From Octopus sinensis (taxonomy: Eukaryota), in NCBI RefSeq assembly GCF_006345805.1, contig NC_043000.1, forward strand, positions 51,336,001-51,400,000: a stretch of 64,000 nucleotides of DNA, read 5' to 3'. Positions 54,393 through 64,000 of the stretch are shown in pieces. Within the stretch, counting starts at the first letter, position 1. Every line of letters begins with the position of its first letter. A program made the position numbers and the translations under genes. The notes under the pieces are model-generated. The model ran no database searches, had not been told where the DNA came from, and worked only from the letters and a program-made list of their open reading frames with translations.

Positions 54393-56839
54393 ATACACAC
54401 ACATACATGCATTTATTGCATGAGTAAAATTAACAAGATGCAGAGATCTGTATCTGGGATGCAGCCCATTCATAGAGTGATCATTTTTTTACTTAGCCAA
54501 CAGCATACATTAAATTCACCAGAATATGCCACCTTACTTTTGTCTTTTCTAACTCATCATTGTTGTCAGTTAGAAGAAAGATTTTCTAAAGATGAGGCAA
54601 AAGAATGATCAGCTTCCTATTTTTTTCTGTAGTTGTAGATTGTGACTTAACATTTGGCATTTATGAAGCTAATACATTATGTATAAAATATTATGATTTT
54701 CTAGGAGAAAATATAAAATTGTATGTAAAAAAAAAAAAAATCATTGCTGATTTCAAACTTCACTCAAATGGTGGCAACAATATCATTGACCTTGGAGGGC
54801 CAGTAAAAGCTATATGCACTGCTACGTTTTGTAGACCAATTTTTTATACATGTATATGTATACACATGTGCATATATATATATATGTGTGTGTGTGTATA
54901 CATATGTGTATGTATGCATTTATGTATACATATATATATATAATATATATATACATATGTACACACACACACACACACATATAATGTGTGTGTTAACATA
55001 CCATTAGAAATCATCTTGAAAATCAAAGAAGCCTCTTGTAATTTGTTTCTTTTCTTATCAAAATGTTTTTGAAGTAGAGCTCAGCTTCCTTTTGAGAAAG
55101 AGGATTTTAAATAATTTGCATTTTCTTTCAGAAATCTATACTAACCACTTTTTAAAAAATTAACATTTATATTTTCTTGTAAATAATACCAGTTTACTGT
55201 CCAGAATTCTAACACTTTTAATAAAAGAAATATTTGTTCTAAATATCTATGAAATAATTACTGTATAAATTTTCTTGTGAAAGCTTAGTTAAATAAACAA
55301 TAAATCTTATATGACATTGTTATTGGCAAAATGTAACTTTTACTATATGATGTAAGCTTCATTGAAAACCATTTTCGGGGAATCAATAAGATTTAAGTAC
55401 AGCCTCTGCAGATGCATAAAACAATGGATGGTGGACTGGTTTTATCTGAATGCTTAGTACGTATATAATCATAATACTTCTAAGACATTCTAACTGAATA
55501 CTCTTGTCAGAAAAATATTCCTTTTTAGCAATGTTGTTTGCCAAAAGTCTTGACTTAACCATAAATAAAGAACACACTTTTGTAAACTCTAAATCATTGC
55601 TGTGTGTTTGTGATATGATATTTATGAAGAAAATAGACTAATATGATTTGTACTCTTTGGGCGTATCGAGGAAACCCACCTTAATAAAATAATCTATCAC
55701 ATATGCAGTGACTGCAATAAAGCACACCAATGCCCAGCAATCTAATGTAACATTGAAATTGTTCTGTTCAACCTCTCATAAACTTTATAATGCAAGTTTA
55801 AAATACCTCCCCATATATTCCAAAATTTATTAAGCAGAGGAAGTAATCTAAACCTGGATACGCCCTCTGATTGTTTATCTTTTAAATTAAATCTTAGCTG
55901 TAAATTTGATTCTATTTCATATCATAGATATGTTTAGCCCAATTCAGTGTTATTTCATTATTTTACATGTGAGGTACCAGATCGGAACAAAGTGTCCTAT
56001 TGAAGTGGCAGATGGATTATCCACAGACACTAGGACCAATCCAAGGTGAAATTACTCTTCACTGTTAATCAATGTTCATAAAAAAAAAAATGAAACCTTC
56101 ATTCTCAAAATTCTACCCTGACAGTCATTTGTACCTATCATTACTACCAATACCACCACCATCCTCATCCTACCCTCCAGAATTACATGATTTTTAAAAT
56201 GTTTCTTAAATTAGTAGTCCAAACTGATATTTGAGTTCAGAATTATATCTATATTTAAGTAGATATTAATTGACTGAGATATTTTTACTCTAAGATAAAT
56301 AGCAGTGTGCAAATCTTTGGATTTGCTCTTGAAATATAACTGTTATTTATTATTCAGGAATTAATGCTATTAAGAAACTACTTATCAATTTACCAAATAA
56401 AAATCTTTCTTACAAATCTATGTAAAATATCAGAATGGACACATTTATATATGAATTTTAGTAACTGAAAAAAAGAAAATGATAATTAGTTGAAAAAAGT
56501 TTCATAAATATAGAAAAATGTTAACCTTTTTAAAAGTTTTGATATTTTATTTTATTGTTGGTTTATTATTATTTTATTTAAAGAAACATAGTCTATTTTT
56601 TTAAAATTACAGTTCCATTATTTTCACTCTGATTTTTTGAATTTAGAAATTCTGATAAGATGTTACATATTGCAAAAAACGAGAGAAAAAAAAATTGATA
56701 TTATTTACTACTCCATACTTAGTAAAATGAATCATTACTGGAGAAGTGAAAATTGAGTGGACTATTAATCACAGCTTGTGGTTTATTTACTCCATATTTT
56801 TTTTAATATATACTCTAATTACATTTGGGTGTTATATGT

Positions 56840-56892
56840 GTTTGTAGTAATGTGTGTATGTGTGTGTATGTATGTGTGTATGTATGTGTGTG

Positions 56893-56937
<45 letters not shown>

Positions 56938-56996
56938 GTATATATATATTATATATATATATATTATGTATATATATATATATATGTATATATATA

Positions 56997-57093
<97 letters not shown>

Positions 57094-57142
57094 ATATGTA
57101 TATATATATATTATATGTATATATATATATAATATATATATA

Positions 57143-57196
<54 letters not shown>

Positions 57197-57245
57197 GTAC
57201 ATGCATATATATTGACACACACATATGTATACATACATAGACAGA
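56840..57245. repeat. (TA)n/(TG)n compound microsatellite
   Basis: Seen directly. Confidence 0.95.
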
Positions 57246-57414
57246 TACATGCATTCATTTGTAATAAGAACTGAATTCCAAAATATTACTATAACTGGTG
57301 TGGTTTTAGTCTCCCTACCCCATATTTTTCCATGTCCCTATCCCATATTTGAGATGAACATTGAAATGGAATTAATAGTCCAAGCAACTTTTTTTGCTGC
57401 TCTAAATATTATTT

Positions 57415-57550
57415 TCATGTTTCTAAGTTACAAATTTGCTTTACATTTAGCCAGTTCAGTGTCATTTTCTCCAGTATTTAGCCATGTTCTGAGTTCATAT
57501 CCCATCAGGGTTGATTTTTCTCTTCTCATTTCCAGAGTTGAGAAAATACA
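57415..57550 (+). mobile_element. SINE family C, degenerate
   Basis: GTTCTGAGTTCATATCCCATCAGGGTTGATTTTTC...CATTTCCAGAGTTGAGAAAATA. Confidence 0.55.
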
Positions 57551-59099
57551 TATATATATTGTTTAAAGGTCAGTCCAAGCAACTATAATTGTCCCTACAA
57601 ATTTTTGCTTTTTGCCAAAGTGAAAAATATTTTAGCCTTTGTTTAAGCATATTGCCAAATATTTGGTCATTTGCATTTTTGTATCGAACCTCCAAATGTT
57701 ATCTTTACATTTACTAGGTTTTCTTTTAACTACAATTTAACCTATGTGTTAATGCACTTATCAGCCAAAATTAAAATGTGTCAACTGCCCCAACTATTAA
57801 ATCCTTAGAACCTGGAACAGTTAAAATCCTTAGAACCAAAATATTAACCAGCCACAGAGAAACAAATTGTCATCTTTTTGTTGATGAAAATCTTGCAGCT
57901 AATATTGTTAGGAATTTTAAGCAAACTCGTTCTCACAATTTTTAAGCCAAAACCACAAGGGAGAGATCAATCGTAAGCTTCAGAACAAAAAAAAAAAAAA
58001 AAACCCTTACAAGACTGAAATGTCTCCCAGCATAAAATATTACAATAACATTTGGAATAGTACATCTTACATCAAAAAGATATTGTACTTCTTCAAAAGA
58101 CATGTCATCTGCCTGTTTGATAAACCTATTATTTGAAACTGACTCTCTTGGAAGTCTGTTATGTTGTATCTGCTTTATACTACTTGCACCATTCCTGCAA
58201 TGGCTACTGCTCTCATCTACTTATTTTTGCACCAACAAAGAAGCATCTATATTGCTATTCTGCTTGCAAGAATTAGCAGCCAAATCTTCAAATGAGACTA
58301 CATTGTCCTAAAAAAAAGAACACATTTGATTATCTACTCTTAGATATACTATATCTAAGTATTAGATAGTAAGGTCAAAGTTGGTATGCCTTTGATCATA
58401 GGTTTACTCTGGGTTATCATTGGCTAAGCAACAAGTTATATCTTTTCTTCACATAATTTGATTCAGTTTCAGCTAATAACCTGATCTTCAGTTTACATTA
58501 ATAACTGAAGTTGTTAATGTTTAATTAAATTTTAGATATTAAAAATCTAGAATTCTGTCACATTGTCACTATAATTAAATTGCTACTGTCTTTGTTTAAA
58601 GAATCTGGGCTAAAACTCACTGATTATATATATTTGTATTTTTTTTATTTATTGGTATGTAGAGATTTTCATTGCTGAAAAGCTAACATACAAACTTTGA
58701 AAACTACCTGACATTGAACTGGTTAAAGAAAGTCTGTTTAAATCTCTTCAGTTTGCAAAATATTTGTATGTTAAATATTTGAAACTGTTATGAATAAATT
58801 GAAATTACAGGGTCATTTGTTAATGTAATTTTGAAGTTTGAAATGTTTGTGTCAGACAAGCCAATGATATAACCATAAAGTTACTTCTATAATATGAATT
58901 TCTTTTTTCCTTTCTCTGTAATAAATCATTGTGTTAATCAGTTATGAGTAAACAATGGTTTTGTATTTTCATAATATATCTGTATTCGTATATCAGAAAA
59001 TTCCACTGTTCTGTAGATTATCTTGTCAAACTCATTGCTATATACACATAGGTTAAGTTTAAAAAATACCAACATTGTATTCCGAAGTTCAATCTAAAG

Positions 59100-59313
59100 A
59101 AGGAGCCCTTTTTTTTATGGTTGCGGTATTTCTTAGAAACAGCTACTAAATCTCAAATCATATCCTGTCGACTTAAAAAAAAAAACACACTGAAGATTCA
59201 TTGAATCATATACTCCTTGACTGACAGAGTGCTTATGGCATCAAGAAATAATGGTCCCAGCTGAAACAGTTTTGATCAAAGGACCGCTTGAACAAGGCTG
59301 ACCTGGAAATAAA
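59100..59313 (+). mobile_element. Old dispersed repeat family D (other copies at ~33130-33212, 58372-58434, 61398-61622 reverse, 62832-63022)
   Basis: Shared degenerate 3' motif G(C/T)TGGAATGCCTTTGATCATAGG...GGCTGACCT(G/A)G...(CAA)n and an upstream AACAGC..AAAT...CAAATCA.A.CCTG segment. Confidence 0.55.
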
Positions 59314-60894
59314 TGATACAAATATCATTCCTGAAAATAATAATAAATATAAGAAATCATTTATCCTTGAAAATAAAATATTTTTGTTCATACATTATTG
59401 TAAGATATTTCTGGAGTCACATCATTATAAATGTTGATCATATTCCAACATTTAAAGAAGTTTTCATTGTCACTGAAATTATTTTTGTAGTTTCTTACAC
59501 ATCATATTACTCTCCTTATAAACTTTTTAATTAATCCTGTCTTTTTTTCCTCTTGTATAATATATGACTGAGTTTTTTAGATAATGTCTATCCTATTCAT
59601 AATATTAGAGTTGTCAACTTGCTTAGAAAAGTTCTATTGATGTAACCCCTTTTTGTTATTCTGTTCATGAAACGTTGTCAAGTGCTTTTTGTTTAGTTCA
59701 GACACTTTTCATTCAGCTGCCATACTTTGAGAGAATGTTGTAAGTAGTCTCCCAAAACTTTCATCCTTGGGGTGCAATGTGTCATCTCGTCTGAAATAGC
59801 AGGTCACTGTATATTGTATTACTGATCATATATTGACCAATATGTCAGAGGTGAGGCTCAGCATAAAGCAGTTATAGGTCGTCAGATAGGAATTGACAAT
59901 TCAGAAGAATGGGTACAGAAGATTTACTATAGCTGTTTTGAGTTCATTGATTTTTTCTCTCTATATGTTCTTTTAAATCTAATATCATATGGAGTTCATT
60001 GGGTCTAACTATAAAAAATGGAAGGAAATTCCAGTGCATAAAGAGTATAAGAAATTTTGGAAAACTTTTCAATTATAGAGATGAAAAAAATTCTAGCATA
60101 AAAGAGCAAATCCAGATGATGCATTAGAGCTAACAAGTGCTGTATTATAGATATTAAAGTTATATAATGTTATTGTATGGACTGGTGATCATATGATTAT
60201 GATATTAAATTGTAATATGATCTATGAGGTTATAATTTAGATGCCACCATTGCATACTTTAACTTACAACATATGACTGTACCTCCATACATTTTAGAGA
60301 AAATCCTTAATGACTGAACTAAACTACCTCTGGCTTTTAAGCTGATGTCTATTTTAAATTGAATAATTATTATCACTATCATCATTATATGTTTTAGTAT
60401 CTGTTATTATCATCATTATTGTATACAAATGCTTGAGTTTCTAGCTTGAATTTCATTCCCAGAAATGCAATGATATTCTTTATTGTTAGCTGATGCAAAC
60501 TATGCATCAACTTTGGGTTGATCTTCATAGTAACTGCTCTAGCTTGGGCAGAGTTTATGAATCTTGTCTGACCTATTTTGCCTCACAATTAGATGAATGA
60601 ATATGTGTTTTTTGCATTTGACTATTGCTCATTTTTCATGCTAACAAGGATTAGGTGAATACATATTACTAAAGCATTGTTTTACATTTAGAATGCTCTT
60701 CTTGTTACTAATTCTTAATTGTTCCACTTATCACTGAAAGTCCCGAGTTTCCAGTTGATTTGTTGACTAGGAAACATCAGCAAGCAAATGTCTGTGGCAT
60801 AGCTTAGCACAGAATGTAAACCCAAATAGACACATACACAGATACAATATATATATATTTATATATATATATATAATACACATACACACACACA

Positions 60895-61035
60895 CTCATG
60901 ATGAACTTAGCACAGTTTTTATTTACTGAATTCCTTCACAAAAACATTGGGCTGACAGAGTGTTGTGCAGCTGGATTGAACCTGGAATTATGTGGTTGCA
61001 AAGTGGACTTCTTGATTATACAGTCATACCTGCTG
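60895..61035 (-). mobile_element. Degenerate family-A-related SINE head
   Basis: CACAAAAACATTGG...GGATTGAACCTGGAATTATGTGGTTGCAAAGTGGACTTCTTGATTATACAGTCATACCTG. Confidence 0.55.
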
Positions 61036-61058
61036 CCAAACAGTCATGGTTGCAACAA

Positions 61059-61144
<86 letters not shown>

Positions 61145-61155
61145 ACACACGCACA
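61059..61155. repeat. Nearly pure (CA)n microsatellite (~40 units)
   Basis: Seen directly. Confidence 0.97.
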
Positions 61156-62240
61156 TGTTTAGATATAGATTAGATTAATTCCAAGTTGCCTTGCTTGCAA
61201 TTATTGAAGCCAAGTCTCTGATGGAAGCCTCATTAAGATAAAAAGATTGAGCAGCCCAATAAGTTAAAAAGTAGGCAAAAGAAAAGAAATGAAAATAGTG
61301 AGGCTAAGATCTTATAGCTTCAAGGTAGAAGAGCTTTGCAACTGACATATGACATTTAAATCATAGATGATGGTTGATTATATCATTATAGAATGCAGTT
61401 GTTATTGTTGCTTAGCTCCAAGTCAACCTTGACTGAAGAGATTTATTATCAAAACTGAAAGGTGTTCCTACTAACAGCAACTGTCTTTCATTCAGATTTT
61501 GGTTTATCTAGAATTATATGGTAGGCTGTTTCCTACCATTTTTACAATGGTGTATTGGGATTTGAAGAAAATATGTTTATTTTTAGCAGATTAGTCAAAC
61601 ATTTACAAGTTGTCCTCCTTGGCATGCACAGAATTAAGGGAAAATCCATCAGGTGTGTGTGTATGTGTGTGTGTTTCAAGATTGTGCTTATCTCACAAGT
61701 GACATGATCAGAGACCATCTGGTGAAGCTGAAATCATTGGTTCAGCTGCATCTGTGTTGTTAAAATTTTTGTGTGTTTTTAAAATGTTGATAATAGTTCT
61801 ATATGTTTTATCTATCGATCTATCTATTTATCTATCTGTCTGTCCGTCCGTCCATCTATCTACCTACCTATACACATGCACATACATACACACACACACA
61901 CACACATACACACACACCATTCTGTAGTTTTAGGTTGAGATTAATATTCAATTGTTGAATGGAGTATCTGATTGGCTGAAATATTTTAGAGACCTTTGTA
62001 AGTCAAACAATTATTTTAAAGGATAAAAAAAAAACGTTTATGCTCAGAGAGAGTTCTAGTTTGGTTACAAATATCTCTCTGAAAGCAAAAAAAAATGTAA
62101 AGATGAAGAACATTTTAAAATATATTTAATTGATGGAGACAGCCGTTATAAAATATGTATGATGCTGTTGGTGGTTATGAGGTTGATGCTGATGCACATA
62201 ATAATAATGTCCAAACAACAACAACAATGATAATAATAAT

Positions 62241-62465
62241 AGAGAAATTTGTTGGAGAAATCAGGATTGATATGAAGGTAGAACATGTTCAGAAAACTGC
62301 TCTATTGGGGACAGTGAGGATTTTTGAGATTGGTACTGGATGTTAAATATTGTAGAAAGAGACACTGTGTGATCCTTCACAACATTTTGTGGTCTGCTCT
62401 TATAGAATTAGCTGGAGCGAGTGAAGAGCTCTAAGAAGTGAAATGGAAATAATAATGAAAATAAT
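62241..62465 (+). mobile_element. Dong/R4-like (RLE-type) LINE 3' end in a (TAA)n repeat
   Basis: EKFVGEIRIDMKVEHVQKTALLGTVRI resembles the terminal QKxALLGTxRIL motif of R4/Dong-type ORFs. It is preceded by TAATAATAAT and followed by a short 3' UTR ending AATAATAATGAAAATAAT. Confidence 0.65.
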
Positions 62466-63129
62466 TTGGTTGACGTATATTGCAAGAGAATATATTCTGG
62501 TACATGTTTTACTACAAACAGACATCAATATATTAGCAATATGTTAATCCCAGCAGACGTTGCATATCTCTAAAATGGATTGGAAAAATTGTCCAAAAAC
62601 AAAGTTCTGGACATATAGATAACTGAAATGTGAGGAATGAAATGCAAAACCCATAATATAAATATACTGGGAATAATAAAAAGAAACACAAAGCAATATA
62701 TATCCCATAGGACAGGATTTATGTGTATATATTATAGGAATTAACATAATTGGGAAGTGTGCACATAATAAATAGTATACAATCAAGATAATAAACACAT
62801 TCACATACGCAAACTGCATACGTTTGAACTACAAGGAAGCCTTGATGTGGTCTTTTGATTTGCTATAAATAACAGCCAAATAAACATCAAATCACACCCT
62901 GCCGTGTTAAAAATAGTATGATGCATTGAATAAAGTAGTCCTAGATATAAAATGAAATTTTAAAAAATCAATGGGATGTCCATGATTGGAATGCCTTTGA
63001 TTGACCTGTGACTAAGTGACAAAAACCACTGCACCAATTCACAAAACAAGATTGCATTTAGTTATGCAATGAGAGCATGCATGAGCATTGAAAACGTAAA
63101 TAAATAAACTTTTATTGCAATAATTATAA

Positions 63130-63330
63130 TGGTTACTGATTCAGGTACAAACCAACCATTTTGAGGGGTGGGGTTTAGTCAATGCCATGGACCATAGTAC
63201 ATGACTGGTAGTTTATCAACCTTGATAGGATGAAAGGCAAAGTTGACCTTAACAAAATTTGAACTCAGAATGTAAAGAATTGAAAAAAATACCAGAAAGC
63301 ATTTCCTCCAAACTCTAATGATACTGCCAG
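63130..63330 (-). mobile_element. SINE family C copy
   Basis: GGATGAAAGGCAAAGTTGACCTT...ATTTGAACTCAGAATGTAAAG...TAATGATACTGCCAG followed by (TAA)n. Confidence 0.8.
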
Positions 63331-64000
63331 TGAATAATAATAATAATAATAATCATAATAATAATAATATGACGGTGATGATGATAGTTATAGAAGGGTT
63401 CAAATTGCTAAAGCATAATTTTTGTGGTATTATCATAGAGATATTTTATTGTATAACAGTTTTTAATCATAGAAGCTTCATTAGAGTAAACACATTTTCA
63501 AGTTGTTACAAAGTAACATGATGATTCCAGTTTTTTTTTTTTTTTTTTTTTCATATTTCACATTTACAAAGAGTAAGAATACTTCTTATTGGTGTAGAAT
63601 TATCAGTCAGCTACATGGGTTTTAGCAACAGATACATATACTTTTAATTTGATTTCTCTACATTTTGGTCATACCCAAATTCACAAGTTCCATCAGAGTA
63701 GTTTTGGTAGTATATGGATTTGATTATTGGATAGTTGTGGAGATGCTAATGAGATTTTTTCATATAGATTCTCTACAAATTGTCTTTTTTTTATTTGCTT
63801 TTATTTCATTTCCAGAAACAGTATTATTTTCTCCTTTATATTTTTACCTTTTTTTTTCTTAGCAAAGAAGCTTGATTAGCTTCCATGTAAATATATAAAA
63901 GTAGACTAGCTTTAACTTTTGCCAATATTTGCAGTCTGTCAGCTCAGACTATGACAGTGATATGGTGGGAGCTTATTGTATACATATGAGTTTATGATTT

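Overview
AT-rich, CpG-poor, microsatellite-dense animal genomic DNA. The repeat families resemble those of octopus/coleoid cephalopods (inference from recalled sequence style, not a database hit). The window is almost entirely intronic. Only one well-supported coding exon is present (29513-29726, + strand, AG/GT-bounded, missed by the ORF track); it encodes the N-terminal part of a CUB domain resembling SOL-1 (suppressor of lurcher)-type multi-CUB proteins. The rest is a TE landscape: a decayed, near full-length mariner with TIRs, a hAT MITE with a perfect 8-bp TSD nested in a SINE, at least three tRNA-derived SINE families, an RTE-tailed non-autonomous element with internal structured tandem repeats, and 3' relics of RTE, CR1-like and Dong/R4-like LINEs. 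The most notable observations are (i) a fold-back element at ~34 kb carrying a Penelope-type minimal hammerhead-ribozyme-like motif with a non-canonical core, (ii) a 43-bp gap-free hairpin at 27.85-27.96 kb whose non-Watson-Crick positions are mostly G-U wobbles on the host-gene strand (pre-miRNA/ADAR candidate), and (iii) a repeated stem-loop module in the RTE-tailed element. Nearly all ORFs in the supplied track are microsatellite artefacts.
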